Source of the DNA: Candidatus Obscuribacterales bacterium
GTDB taxonomy: Bacteria > Cyanobacteriota > Vampirovibrionia > Obscuribacterales > Obscuribacteraceae
DNA: 64,000 bases
Reading direction: 5' to 3'
NCBI GenBank assembly: GCA_965228855.1
Contig: CBDDIJ010000003.1
Coordinates: 1,984,001-2,048,000 of the forward strand
Position 1 is the first letter of the stretch. Each line of letters starts with the position of its first letter. Below the pieces are notes generated by a model. That model searched no databases, was not told where the DNA came from, and worked only from the letters and a program-made list of their open reading frames with translations. The position numbers and the translations under genes are program-made. Below are positions 20,903 to 31,891 of the stretch, one piece after another.

Positions 20903-22027
20903 ATGGGGGAAAGGACATTGAGTTCCAAACTAACAAACCTGGCATTATCGTTGGCACTGTCTATGGTGGCAGTCGGCACAGCTCAAGCTCAGGACAAATC
21001 ACAAGAATCGCCGGAGTTGCAGAAGGCATCGAGCTTGCACCTTCAAGGGAAACTTAAGGAAGCAGAAGTTCTGTATCGCGAAATTCTTCGCAAAGAACCG
21101 GACAATGCGGTAGTTCATACCAGACTGGGTGCATGCCTAGCGGCCCTGTCAATTGACAAGAACGGCAAAAACCAAAAGGACATGGAGGAAACTGCGATCC
21201 TCGAAGAGCGTCAAGCAATCAAGCTTAACCCGAAAGACCACATGCCCCACATCCAGCTCGGAAAAATCTATGCAAACAGCGGCAAGTTAGAAGAGGCCAT
21301 CAAGGAGTTCAACCAAGCGATCGCGTTGAAACCAGACAGCTACATGGCGCATATCGACCTTGGAACCTACTACATGCACTTGGACAAGGCTGAAGACGCT
21401 ATTCGCGTTTATAAGAAAGCAAACGAACTCAAACCGGAAAAACCAACACCCTATATCAACCTCGGTGTAGCGTACCAAAGCATCGGCAGATTCGATGAAG
21501 CTGTTGCCATTATGAAAAAGGCTCTAGAACTAAAGCTCAACAAAAATGAGCAAAACCTGGCGAACTTCAACCTCGGCAATATCTACGCGGATAAGGGTGA
21601 AGCAGATAACGCAATCGCGTCTTACGAAGCGGCACTTAAGGCAGAACCGAGCAACTTGCTTGCAACTAGTGGCATCGGCTGGATGAAGGGCTCCCAGGGT
21701 CAGTACGATGAAGACATCGCTCTGCAGAAGAAGGTTTTGAAGCTTTGCAATGGTCAGCGAATAATCGAATCTGTTGCAAGAGCTCGAATGGCATCGGCCC
21801 TAGCAGCCAAAGGTGACACCAAAACAGCTGAAGTCGAATTCGAAAAGTGCGCAGCAATGAAGCCACCATTCCCGGTGGCACTCGTCGACTACGGACATTA
21901 CCTCGAAAAGAAGGGTCGAAAGAACGAAGCGAAGAGCCAATTCCAGAAAGCTCTGCAGGTACAGCCCTCGTTCAAGCCAGCTCAAGATGCTCTCGCTAAG
22001 CTAGAAGGCAACACACAAACCAAGTAG
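20903..22027 (+). CDS. Secreted TPR-repeat protein
   Basis: Signal peptide (AQA) and many tandem TPR motifs. Confidence 0.9.
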   Translation: MGERTLSSKLTNLALSLALSMVAVGTAQAQDKSQESPELQKASSLHLQGKLKEAEVLYREILRKEPDNAVVHTRLGACLAALSIDKNGKNQKDMEETAILEERQAIKLNPKDHMPHIQLGKIYANSGKLEEAIKEFNQAIALKPDSYMAHIDLGTYYMHLDKAEDAIRVYKKANELKPEKPTPYINLGVAYQSIGRFDEAVAIMKKALELKLNKNEQNLANFNLGNIYADKGEADNAIASYEAALKAEPSNLLATSGIGWMKGSQGQYDEDIALQKKVLKLCNGQRIIESVARARMASALAAKGDTKTAEVEFEKCAAMKPPFPVALVDYGHYLEKKGRKNEAKSQFQKALQVQPSFKPAQDALAKLEGNTQTK

Positions 22028-22057
22028 ACCCTGTGGTCTAGAAAGGCGTAACGCCGC

Positions 22058-23386
22058 TTGTCGGAGAAAACTAATCCAATACTAGGGCGATGGGATTCCG
22101 TCGCCATCAGTATCGGCATCGTCCTCGGTGTTGGCATTTTCCGAGTGCCGTCGGAGGTCGCGAACCACTTATCGTCGGGCATCTGGATAATCATCGCCTG
22201 GATGCTCGGCGGCGTCTTTTCGCTCGCTGGCGCGCTCTGTTATGCGGAATTGGTCTCGCTTTTTCCGAAAAGCGGAGGCGATTACATCTATCTGCGCGAA
22301 GCCTACGGGAAAGTCGCAGGCTTCCTCTTTGCCTGGTCTGAGTTGCTCATTACTAGAACGGGCTCGGTCGCGGCAATCGCCCTCATGTTCGGTGAATATG
22401 TCTGCGCGCTTTTAAACTGGAGCGCAGATCCTGTTTCTAAACGTGTGATCGCAGTCGGCATCATTGCGGTTTTAACCGCGGCAAACTTCTTCGGACTGCG
22501 ACAAAGCAGCCGTCTGCAGAACCTGTTGACCGTTTTGAAAGTCTCCTCTCTGATACTAATTGTGGTGGCGGGTGTAGCGGCGGCAAAACCACCTGTCACC
22601 AGTTTCGCATTGCAAGACCTGGCAGGAGCGAACATGCAGACTATCACAGCCGTTTGCCTGGCGCTGGTTCCCATCATGTGGTCGTACGGCGGCTGGCGAG
22701 ACAACGTTTTTCTTGCCGGCGAAACCCAGGACGCTGACCGCTCAGTTCCCTTCGCATTGCTGACTACATGCGCTCTGATAACGCTTATCTACACCGCCAT
22801 GAACGTCATGTATCTCTGGTTCATTCCGGTGGAAACTTTGAAAAATTCACAACTGGTCGCAGTCAGCCTATTGCAGATTGTCTTCGGAGAAGCAGGTGCC
22901 AAGCTTTTCGAAATCATGTTGATCGTCTACGCCCTTGGAGTCATCAACGGATTATTGCTCACCGGAAGTTTCCTTGCCAGAGCCATGTCTGAAGACAATC
23001 CCATATTCGGCTTCCTGCAAAAAACCGATAAAAGAACGGCAACGCCGCTCCGTGCGCTCGTATTCAACGGCTTCTGGGCATGCGTTCTAGTAATAGTCAC
23101 GGGTTCGTTCGAAGCGCTGCTCTATATAACGGGTTTATGGGTCTGGATTTTCTTCGCCATGGTATCAATAGCCATCATTGTATTTCGGGTTCGCAAAACA
23201 ACTTCGCCAAACAGATTCAACATGCCCGGCTATCCTGTGATACCAGTCGTGGTGGCAGTCATTTCCCTCGCCCTGGCATGGAGCACCGTCTCATACATGC
23301 CCAAAGAGTCCTTGTGGGGAACGTTCCTAATGCTCGGCGGCTTGCCGTTTTTCTTCTTTCAGAAGAAGCCCGGACAACATCAATAA
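22058..23386 (+). CDS. APC-family amino acid permease
   Basis: GVGIF, YAEL..FPKSGGDYIYL, YGGW, many TM segments. Confidence 0.93.
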   Translation: MSEKTNPILGRWDSVAISIGIVLGVGIFRVPSEVANHLSSGIWIIIAWMLGGVFSLAGALCYAELVSLFPKSGGDYIYLREAYGKVAGFLFAWSELLITRTGSVAAIALMFGEYVCALLNWSADPVSKRVIAVGIIAVLTAANFFGLRQSSRLQNLLTVLKVSSLILIVVAGVAAAKPPVTSFALQDLAGANMQTITAVCLALVPIMWSYGGWRDNVFLAGETQDADRSVPFALLTTCALITLIYTAMNVMYLWFIPVETLKNSQLVAVSLLQIVFGEAGAKLFEIMLIVYALGVINGLLLTGSFLARAMSEDNPIFGFLQKTDKRTATPLRALVFNGFWACVLVIVTGSFEALLYITGLWVWIFFAMVSIAIIVFRVRKTTSPNRFNMPGYPVIPVVVAVISLALAWSTVSYMPKESLWGTFLMLGGLPFFFFQKKPGQHQ

Positions 23387-25356
23387 GACGCGCTGTTACT
23401 CTCGCTATCTCCCATCTGCGCCTTGAGCGCCTCAAGCGGATTGAGACGCCAGAGAACGGAAATATATTGCTTACGGACAGCACCCATAAGAGCGCTTCTG
23501 TCACCAATTGTGGTGCGGACGAGAGGTATCGCTTCCTTCAAAGAGTCGCGGGCTTCTTCATACTTGCCCTGGGCGATCAGAACTAACGCCAGACCATAAA
23601 GCGACTTGGCAGCATACGGAGTTTCCGTCTTGCCGTGACTGCGCCACCACTCCAGACCCAGCCTGTAGTATCGCTCACTGTCGGCAAACTTCTCCTGACG
23701 ACGATACATATCAGCAAGCTTGCTGCATGTGTCGGCGTAAGTCGGCGCATCGGTTTCCTTCGTGATATCAACAATTCCAAACAACTTCTCGAACGTAGCT
23801 ACGCCCTTCTCAAGCTCGTTCTGCTGCGAATAGATATCGCCGAGAACACGAAGTGGTTGAATCATTCCTCGCTGTTGCAGCGGATCGTTTTCCATCAAAG
23901 CAACGGCCTTATTGCAAGCCTCCACGGCTTCTTCATACTCATCTTGCATGAAGCATACGTAGCCCAAAATCCGCCAGGACTGCGCCGCGGGCCATGGACC
24001 TTTGACTTTCTCCGTGACTTTGATCAGCTGGCGAGTGCGCTCCTCGGCCTCCTTCCAGTGAGAAGAATTCGCGTACAGTTCAACCAGCGATGACAGAGCA
24101 TTGGCATACTCTTCGGACTCTTCACCTTGCTCCTCCTTCACGAGTTCCAGCGCGTCTTTCGCCGCTTCCTGCCTGGGACCGAAGCCCTCGACCTCGGTAG
24201 TCTTGTCCTTCTTCACCACTATCCACAAGGTTTCGTTTTTAAACGGAGGAAACTTTTGCTCGCTGGGGCTAAAACTTGTAGTCACCCAGAAGATTGGCAC
24301 ACCGATGAGAATAGCAGTGAGCACGCCGAACAGCATGAACTCCGAAGAAACCGGCATCAATCCTCGACGGCGGCGAGTTACCGATGTGCTTTTGCGAAAA
24401 GCGTTTGCGGTTGTCTCCCATTCCTCTTGCGGGCAAACTAACAGTAAATCGAGATCGTGCTTGAGCTCAGAAACACTCTGATAGCGGAAATCAGGCTCTT
24501 TCTCCAGACATTTGAACGTTATGGTTTGCAGCCGTGAGAGGAAGGTCGGATCAGCGTCTTCAATTTCTATCGGCTTCGGTGCTTCGTTCATGTGCTTGTA
24601 AGCGGTTTCAAGCACGTTCTTTCCGACGAACGGCGGTTTACCGGTTACAGCTTCGTACAAGACACATCCAAGCGCGTAGATGTCGGTTCTCGCATCGAGC
24701 CGTTTGCCTGTACATTGTTCAGGACTGAGATAAAGAGGACTACCAAAAACTTCTCTGGTGTGCGTGATGTACTGCGCAGACTTGCTGTATTCACTCTCCT
24801 CCGCAAGCAGCTTGGCGACACCGAAATCAATGACCTTCACGTCGTCGACAAACTTGGCATTGTCGACAATGACAATGTTGCTTGGTTTAATATCGCGGTG
24901 CTGAAAACCGGCTGCTTCTCCCTGCTCTAACGCCTGGCAGACTTGCTTGAAGATACTGACGGCTCGCTCAACCGATATGTGACCTGACTTGGAGAGCAAA
25001 TCTTCCAGACTCTCGAAGTTGAGCTCATCCATGACCAGGAAATAATTGCCGTCGGACGCGACAACGACATCCTTGTAGTTGGCCACGTTATTGCCTTTGA
25101 TGGCGAAAAGCCCGCGACACTTGGTCTCGAAACGTTTCACATTCTTGATATTCTGCATCAAGTGCGGATGAATGCGCTTCAGAACTCGGACTTCACGGTT
25201 CTGGGTCTTGTCGCGCGCACGATAAACCCCGGAAAGACTGCCCTCACCGAGGAAAGACTCAATCTCCCAACGCCCGTCGATAACCGAGCCGACGAGCGGG
25301 TCCGCCTCGCCAAACAAGGAGATATCGGGCTTTCCGTCTTTCACTCTGTCAGACAC
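23380..25356 (-). CDS. Ser/Thr kinase - TM - TPR receptor-like protein
   Basis: HRDIKPSN, DFG, GSPLYLSPEQ; one TM helix; C-terminal TPRs. Confidence 0.9.
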   Translation of the reverse strand: MSDRVKDGKPDISLFGEADPLVGSVIDGRWEIESFLGEGSLSGVYRARDKTQNREVRVLKRIHPHLMQNIKNVKRFETKCRGLFAIKGNNVANYKDVVVASDGNYFLVMDELNFESLEDLLSKSGHISVERAVSIFKQVCQALEQGEAAGFQHRDIKPSNIVIVDNAKFVDDVKVIDFGVAKLLAEESEYSKSAQYITHTREVFGSPLYLSPEQCTGKRLDARTDIYALGCVLYEAVTGKPPFVGKNVLETAYKHMNEAPKPIEIEDADPTFLSRLQTITFKCLEKEPDFRYQSVSELKHDLDLLLVCPQEEWETTANAFRKSTSVTRRRRGLMPVSSEFMLFGVLTAILIGVPIFWVTTSFSPSEQKFPPFKNETLWIVVKKDKTTEVEGFGPRQEAAKDALELVKEEQGEESEEYANALSSLVELYANSSHWKEAEERTRQLIKVTEKVKGPWPAAQSWRILGYVCFMQDEYEEAVEACNKAVALMENDPLQQRGMIQPLRVLGDIYSQQNELEKGVATFEKLFGIVDITKETDAPTYADTCSKLADMYRRQEKFADSERYYRLGLEWWRSHGKTETPYAAKSLYGLALVLIAQGKYEEARDSLKEAIPLVRTTIGDRSALMGAVRKQYISVLWRLNPLEALKAQMGDSESNSASY

Positions 25357-25455
25357 GTTTAAACCGCAACCGCTATTAGTGTTCTTATACCAAGACTATT
25401 AATATGCCACCGTAGAGGTGAAAAACTAACTCGCCACGATAAAGTCGGACACTGT

Positions 25456-26385
25456 TCAGGATTTGCAATCGGCATCGACCAGTTGTTTGGTCAAAAACAT
25501 ATCATTAACGGTAGGGCAGACGTAGGCTTTCAAATCATTCTTGCTTGCCGACACAATCAGTTTATCGCCCATGGGAAACGGATATTCGATATGCTGTCCA
25601 TCAACAAAAATCGCACCGGTTCTCATTTGAGAAACCACTTCCATCGCTTGATCTCGACGCAGGAAGCCGTGCAAAAGCTTGTCCGCTTCGCCGGGTCGCA
25701 CGCAGGGTTCGCGCACAATGTATTGAAACTCATTGTCGATGATCGGTTGAATTTCACCACCGGCTGAGCGCAACGAGCCGGTAGAGCCAGCCGGCGTGCC
25801 TATCCAGATTCCGGATGAACGCTGCTCTTCCTTCACGGCGTCAATCGACAACAGATATCGACTGGTCGCGGCCGGATGAGTGTGCGCGATCAAAATTTCG
25901 TTTAAAACCTTCTGTTTCAGCAGCGTTCCATTGAGATTCAGATCAAGGCGCAGGATTTTTTCCGGCTGTAATTCGTCCGAAATCACCTTATCCAGGAGTT
26001 CCGCAAAATTATCTCTAGAGCCGATGCAAAAATGTCCAAAACTCGATGACTTCGAAGAGTTGACGCCAAGCAAGGGAATGTCATCAACGAAGTGCGAAGC
26101 GTCCAGGAAAGTGCCGTCACCACCTACTGAAATCATCATGTCGATGTCGTCGACGGACGTGCTCATCTCAATTCGGGCAACCGATTGAAATTCGATGTTA
26201 CGCCTGGCGAGCTCGTCTTTCACCGTGTCGAGAGCGGCGATGTGCTCCTCATGAGCGAGTTTGACTTTGCGAACAGATTCGTGTCCTTCTTTGAGCAGCT
26301 GCAAAAAGCGCTCGTCTTTGAATTCTTCTGCCTGAATCTGGTAAATGCTCTTCTTATGAAGAACCAGCGCTTTCTTGAGCCGCAA
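25456..26385 (-). CDS. nadK: NAD(H) kinase
   Basis: GGDGTFL, LNE, GTPAGSTG; TTG at 26385 after AGGAG. Confidence 0.92.
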   Translation of the reverse strand: MRLKKALVLHKKSIYQIQAEEFKDERFLQLLKEGHESVRKVKLAHEEHIAALDTVKDELARRNIEFQSVARIEMSTSVDDIDMMISVGGDGTFLDASHFVDDIPLLGVNSSKSSSFGHFCIGSRDNFAELLDKVISDELQPEKILRLDLNLNGTLLKQKVLNEILIAHTHPAATSRYLLSIDAVKEEQRSSGIWIGTPAGSTGSLRSAGGEIQPIIDNEFQYIVREPCVRPGEADKLLHGFLRRDQAMEVVSQMRTGAIFVDGQHIEYPFPMGDKLIVSASKNDLKAYVCPTVNDMFLTKQLVDADCKS

Positions 26386-26637
26386 GTTACCGTGCTCCTG
26401 AGAACAAGAAGGAATACAGAAGGGCAAGGTTAGCAGATTATCAGGGCTATTACCAGTTTCGTGAGAAACCAAAATGCGTCGAATGCACTGACAAAATTGC
26501 CGATGAAAGAAGTTCACATGCGGCGCCCGACGCGAGCCTGAAGCCCGTGTTTAGGTTATACTGAACGTTTCAAGGGATATCGACAGGCACTCCGCGTGGT
26601 CTTGGAAACAAGCCCGGAGTTGTTTCAGGAGGTCTTG

Positions 26638-29337
26638 ATGACACTGTCTGGCGCTCAAATCAGGGATAAATTCATTTCCTATTTCCGGGACAAACGCGGG
26701 CACCTGCATAAGCCCAGCTCAAGCCTGATTCCGGACAACCCGACCCTGCTTCTCACGAGTGCGGGCATGGTGCAATTCGTGCCGATTTTCCTCGGCAACG
26801 CACCGCCGACCAACCCGCCACGGGCAGTGACAGTGCAGAAATGCGCACGCGCCGGAGGCAAAGACTCCGATATCGAAAACATCGGTCGCACGTCTCGCCA
26901 CCACAGCTTCTTCGAGATGCTGGGCAATTTCAGCTTTGGCGATTACTTCAAGAAGGAAATTATTCCGTGGGCGTGGGAGTACGTCACCGTAGATCTGGGA
27001 TTAGAACCAGAACGGCTTCACGTCACAGTTTTCAAAGGTGACGAAGAAGTCCCAGGTGACGACGAAGCCTATGACATTTGGCACAAAACAGTAGGCGTTC
27101 CTAAAGAACGCATCTATCGTCTCTCACGCAAAGACAACTTCTGGGGACCTCCCGGTCCGACCGGTCCGTGCGGACCGTGCTCGGAGATTTATTACGACAG
27201 GGGTCCGGAATACGGCTGCAGTGACGACCCGACAAAATGCGGCATCGACATTTGCGAATGCGATCGCTACATGGAGTTCTGGAACCTCGTTTTCATGGAA
27301 CTCTTCAAAGATGAGAACGCAAAATTTACTCCTCTAGCCAGCAAGAACGTCGATACCGGTTCCGGTCTCGAACGCGTCGCTCTGATCCTTCAAAAGAAAA
27401 ACAACACGTTCGAAACCGATCTCTTCTTCCCGATTCTCGAAGAGGTATCGAAAATTGCAAACGTGAAATACACAGGCGGGATAGTCACAGGACTGCCAAC
27501 CACACCCTCTGAGAAAACTGATAGCTACCTGAAAATCATCGCCGACCACTCTCGTGCGATATCGTTTTTAATCGCCGATGGTGTCAGAACAAGCAACATC
27601 GGACGCGGATACGTTCTGCGTTTCATCACACGAAGAGCCGCTCGTTTTGGACGTCTCCTCGGCATCGACAAACCGTTTATTTACACATTGGTTCCGACAA
27701 TTGTACGCATTTACGGCGATGCTTATCCGGAATTGAAGAAGAACGAGAAGCTGATAGAACAAGCCATCAGGGAGGAAGAAGAGCGCTTCGCAAAAACAAT
27801 CGATCGAGGCATGAAGTTCCTCGATGAATTGCTGCAGGAGAAAGGTGATACCGTTGATGGTGCCAAAGCATTCAACCTGTACTCCACCTACGGCTTCCCG
27901 TTTGAGCTGACAAAGGAAATCGCCGAAGAACACGGCAAGAAGATCGACCTTGCCGGCTACGAAGAAGCGAAAGAAAAACATAGTGGCGCCTCCGCAGGCG
28001 ATCAATTCAATGTCATCATCACGGGCGAAGAAGCAATCGGAAAAATTCTCAAGGAGCATGGAGCGACGGAGTTCACCGGTTATAAGGAAACCAGTGGCGA
28101 AGGCGAAGTCCTTGCTGTGTTGAAAAACGGAAGTTTAGTCGATGAAGCCCAGGAGGGTGACGAAGTCGATGTTATTCTCAGCCGCACTCCTTTCTATGCG
28201 GAGTCTGGTGGACAACTCGGTGACATCGGTGTATTTGAAAACGATGACTGCCGCCTACAAGTTCTCGACACGAAGAAACACGAAGGGCTGCACGTTCACC
28301 GCGTGCGGGTGCAGGCAGGTGCTGTTCGCGCCGGCGAAAAATTACGTCTGGCCGTAGATCAGGAAAGACGTAATCACACCGTGCTTCACCATAGTACTGC
28401 TCACATTTTTCATTCGGCAGTCAGAGACCGGCTCGGCAAGCACGTCGCCCAGGCCGGTTCGCAAGTTGGTCCTGCCGCGATGCGTTTCGACTTCAACTTC
28501 GAACGTCAACCGACCAAAGAAGAATTGGCTGACATCGAACGCACGATGAACGTCTGGGTACAGGAAAATGCCGAAGTCAAAACCACCGAGATGACACTGG
28601 AAGAGGCTAAGCAGACCGGTGCGATAGCCATGTTTGGTGAGAAATACGGCGACAAGGTTCGAGTCGTTCAGATGGGAGATTTCAGTCTCGAGTTCTGTGG
28701 TGGCACTCACGTTGCCTCCACAGGCAGTATCGGACTGGTCAAGATCATTTCGGAAGGAAGCATCTCCTCCGGCGTTCGCCGAATCGAAGCACTGTCAGGA
28801 CCGAAGGCGTGGAACTACATCAGCGAACAGATGGGTTATCTCGGCGAATTGTCCGACAAGTTGAAGGCTAAACCAGCTGACCTGGCATCTCAAGTTGATC
28901 GCCTGCAAGCAGAGATCAAAGCAAAGGAAAAACAGAATGCCGAACTTGAAGATCGGCTTGCACTCGCCAAAGTATCCGATCTCTTAGCCGGTGTTGAAAC
29001 GCTCGGCAACGTCAAATTCGTGACGGGTCAAGTACAGGATGTATCGAGCGACGGTTTGAAAACAGTCGCGACCTCGATAAGAGATAAAGGTGACGACATG
29101 GTTGTCCTTCTTGGCTCAATACAGGGCGCAGACAAGGTTTCAATCGTGTGCGCGGTTTCCCAGGCTCTCACCAAGAAAGGTTTCCACGCCGGCAACATCG
29201 TTAAGGAAGTTGCCGAGGTTTGTGGTGGCAAAGGTGGTGGCAGACCCGATGTCGCCCAGGCCGGCGGAAAGGACACGGCGAAGCTGGAAGAGGCTCTGCG
29301 ACTGGGTCGTAAGCGCGTGAGTGAAACCAATTCGTAA
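26638..29337 (+). CDS. alaS: Alanine--tRNA ligase
   Basis: HHSFFEMLGNFSFGDYFK, GPCGPCSEI, HSTAH and EFCGGTH editing motifs, GGKGGGRPD. Confidence 0.99.
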   Translation: MTLSGAQIRDKFISYFRDKRGHLHKPSSSLIPDNPTLLLTSAGMVQFVPIFLGNAPPTNPPRAVTVQKCARAGGKDSDIENIGRTSRHHSFFEMLGNFSFGDYFKKEIIPWAWEYVTVDLGLEPERLHVTVFKGDEEVPGDDEAYDIWHKTVGVPKERIYRLSRKDNFWGPPGPTGPCGPCSEIYYDRGPEYGCSDDPTKCGIDICECDRYMEFWNLVFMELFKDENAKFTPLASKNVDTGSGLERVALILQKKNNTFETDLFFPILEEVSKIANVKYTGGIVTGLPTTPSEKTDSYLKIIADHSRAISFLIADGVRTSNIGRGYVLRFITRRAARFGRLLGIDKPFIYTLVPTIVRIYGDAYPELKKNEKLIEQAIREEEERFAKTIDRGMKFLDELLQEKGDTVDGAKAFNLYSTYGFPFELTKEIAEEHGKKIDLAGYEEAKEKHSGASAGDQFNVIITGEEAIGKILKEHGATEFTGYKETSGEGEVLAVLKNGSLVDEAQEGDEVDVILSRTPFYAESGGQLGDIGVFENDDCRLQVLDTKKHEGLHVHRVRVQAGAVRAGEKLRLAVDQERRNHTVLHHSTAHIFHSAVRDRLGKHVAQAGSQVGPAAMRFDFNFERQPTKEELADIERTMNVWVQENAEVKTTEMTLEEAKQTGAIAMFGEKYGDKVRVVQMGDFSLEFCGGTHVASTGSIGLVKIISEGSISSGVRRIEALSGPKAWNYISEQMGYLGELSDKLKAKPADLASQVDRLQAEIKAKEKQNAELEDRLALAKVSDLLAGVETLGNVKFVTGQVQDVSSDGLKTVATSIRDKGDDMVVLLGSIQGADKVSIVCAVSQALTKKGFHAGNIVKEVAEVCGGKGGGRPDVAQAGGKDTAKLEEALRLGRKRVSETNS

Positions 29338-29550
29338 GGTTCGGCTTTGATCGAGAAAATTCGCGCTTGACGCTGACGCATTCGAGTGCGCCGGGTCGTT
29401 TGCGTCTGCACCGAGTTTTCCAATTCCTTATATATGGATTTTGGATCAGGCAAAATTCGAACTTATACGCTACAGTGATCGGACTCTGATCCTAATTTGG
29501 ATCGTTGCTTCGTTATTGAGATCGACAATTCGCGGGGAGGTCTTTAACTC

Positions 29551-30480
29551 ATGTCTGGCACGAAGAAACTCTGTTCGTTTTTGCTCGCCATCGTAAGCGC
29601 AGTGTTCTGCTGCCTGCAGGCGATTGCTGCAGCACCTCCGGTGCGCATTGCCGTCGTCACCGGCGGTGGCAGTGGGATCGAGCAAGAGATAGTCGATAAA
29701 ATCACAAACGAAATCCAGAATGATCCAAACGTGGCAGTTAGTACGGTAAACCCGGACTGGTACGTCGTCTGCAATATCAAAGAGATGATGGATCAAATGA
29801 GCGGACAGATTCGCTACAACGGTAACGTGATTATCAAGACCACTAAAGGAAAAATCCTAGATACCGTGGCAGTTCAAAAATACAACCAGGATTTTTCGCT
29901 CACTCCTGGAACTCCTTTGAACAAGGCTCTAGTAGATCGAGCGGCCAGAGAGGCGACGCAGGCGGCAGCCAACAGAACGATTCCGGCGATTCAGCGAGCA
30001 GTTCAAGTTGAGATGGAAACCCGCGAACAAATTATCAAAGCGCAAATCATGGCCGAGCAGGAAGAATATGATGGTGCCATCAACGCTCTTCGGCTCGTGA
30101 CGCCTGATTCGCCGCACTTCGAAAATGCCCGCGACTTGATGGCGGAATTTTCTATGGAAAAGGATGCGCTCGAAAATTTGAAAAAGGGCCAATCGCTGGG
30201 CGCTGCTCACAAATACGGACCAGCAATCGCAGCGCTGAATGCCGTTCCGGCCAAATCGAAATACAAGGGCAAGGCCAAAGCATTAGCTGCGTCTTATGGT
30301 GGATCGGCCAAACGCGCCACCGCTCCGAAGAAAGTATTAGTGAAAAATAACAGTGGTTCTGCTACCGCAGGCAGTGGTAACCAAGACGCTGAGTTGAAAG
30401 CGCTTGACAAAGTTTTGAAGATGGAAAAGAAAGCCATCGAAGACGCTCAATCGCAAGTAAACAAGCGCCTCAACAAATAA
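29551..30480 (+). CDS. Secreted hypothetical protein (alpha/beta N-domain, helical C-region)
   Basis: Signal peptide, GGAGG RBS. Confidence 0.8.
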   Translation: MSGTKKLCSFLLAIVSAVFCCLQAIAAAPPVRIAVVTGGGSGIEQEIVDKITNEIQNDPNVAVSTVNPDWYVVCNIKEMMDQMSGQIRYNGNVIIKTTKGKILDTVAVQKYNQDFSLTPGTPLNKALVDRAAREATQAAANRTIPAIQRAVQVEMETREQIIKAQIMAEQEEYDGAINALRLVTPDSPHFENARDLMAEFSMEKDALENLKKGQSLGAAHKYGPAIAALNAVPAKSKYKGKAKALAASYGGSAKRATAPKKVLVKNNSGSATAGSGNQDAELKALDKVLKMEKKAIEDAQSQVNKRLNK

Positions 30481-30520
30481 TTCGGACAATTCGATCCGGC
30501 GCCGAAATAAATATGTACTC

Positions 30521-30576
30521 CTGCAATCCTGCCAGCTGGCTGTTTCGAGCCGAAGATAGGATTGCAGTTTGTTTTT
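30521..30576 (+). terminator. Terminator-like stem with T tail
   Basis: ctgcaatcct...aggattgcag followed by tttgttttt. Confidence 0.5.
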
Positions 30577-30756
30577 GTAGTCCATTGATTTAATTGAAAT
30601 CAGGCTTAAACTGCGGATCTAATGTACATTGAATCCAGTAGACTCAATGGTTTGCATGCAAGTTTTGATCTTGTTGCAAATTGAGGCTCCGGCGAGCCTA
30701 ATTTCCAGAAACCGCGAGTGGTTATGGAAGTGGTTAATACCAAGGAGTAGTGTGAT

Positions 30757-31755
30757 ATGAAGTTTCGCAAGACTGGTGCGCTCTTGATAGCGGCAGTTTT
30801 TCTTCTCAATCTGACCTCGTTGCCCGCTTCCGCAGAGGCAAAGAGACGCATCGCGATTATGCCTTTTGACTCAGGTCACTACGCAAGCGCGATCGCGAAC
30901 GTCGACCTCGGGCAAGCGATTGCATCGATGTTGACGACAAAAATCGTTAATGATGGAACCTTCCGAGTAATCGACAGACAGATGCTCGAGTCCGTCATGA
31001 AAGAACAAAACCTTTCGGTCAGCGACCGCGCCGACCCGGCAACCGCTTGCAAAATCGGTAAAATCTTGAGCGTTGATGCAATCGTTGTAGGCAGCATCAC
31101 TCAATTCGGTCAAGAAAGCAAGTCATCCAGCGCCAGCCTTCCGACCGGCTACATCCCGGGCATCCCGTATGTAGGCGGTATCGGCGGAATGTTCGGCAGC
31201 GTTCGTTCAAGCAAGAGCAAAACTCGCGTGTCAATCGACGCAAAAATCATCGACATCAACACCACTGAAATCCTTGCAGCAATGCAAGGTTCAGGCGAAG
31301 CAAAGCGTTCGGGTGGTGGCATTGGTGGTTTCAGTCAGGACACCAACGGAGAAAGCGCAATTGCTGACGAAGCAACCATTCAGGCAGTAGACAGCTTGAA
31401 CAGCCAGATTATCGCAGCCGCCGCTAAAATTCCGGACAACCAATCGTTGATCGCGAAGAACGTAGAAGGCAAAGTTGCTGACGTCACCGGCAATACCATC
31501 ACCGTCAACGTCGGCAAAAAATCAGGCGTACAAGTTGGCACCAAGCTCAACGTAGAACGCTCAGTCAAGAAGATCACCGACCCGGATTCCGGCAAAGTGA
31601 TCAAAGAAGTGTTCAACACTATTGCCACCATCACCATCAAAGATGCTGATGACACCTCGGCGACCGGAGACCTGTCTTCCGGAACCGGTGTCAGAGTTGG
31701 TGACACGGTAAAAATAAGCAGCACCTCTGTCACTGGAGTTGTGCTCAACAAGTAG
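30757..31755 (+). CDS. CsgG/HfaB-family protein with FlgT-C-like C-terminal domain
   Basis: RIAIMPF, FRVIDRQML..VMKEQ, IGKILSVDAIVVGSITQF, IDAKIIDINTTEI; C-terminal NVGKKSGVQVG. Confidence 0.82.
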   Translation: MKFRKTGALLIAAVFLLNLTSLPASAEAKRRIAIMPFDSGHYASAIANVDLGQAIASMLTTKIVNDGTFRVIDRQMLESVMKEQNLSVSDRADPATACKIGKILSVDAIVVGSITQFGQESKSSSASLPTGYIPGIPYVGGIGGMFGSVRSSKSKTRVSIDAKIIDINTTEILAAMQGSGEAKRSGGGIGGFSQDTNGESAIADEATIQAVDSLNSQIIAAAAKIPDNQSLIAKNVEGKVADVTGNTITVNVGKKSGVQVGTKLNVERSVKKITDPDSGKVIKEVFNTIATITIKDADDTSATGDLSSGTGVRVGDTVKISSTSVTGVVLNK

Positions 31756-31766
31756 ATTGTCAGAGA

Positions 31767-31800
31767 AGCCGGAATCGATTGAGAAAGTCGGTTCCGGTTT
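31767..31800 (+). terminator. Hairpin after the CsgG-family gene
   Basis: agccggaatcgatt-gagaa-agtcggttccggttt. Confidence 0.6.
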
Positions 31801-31891
31801 CAAATCTGCAACTATAATTTCTGAAGAACTTTCAAACGTCCATGACAACCTCGAGTTGCGTGGACATTTGATTAATGACAAGGATTGAATC

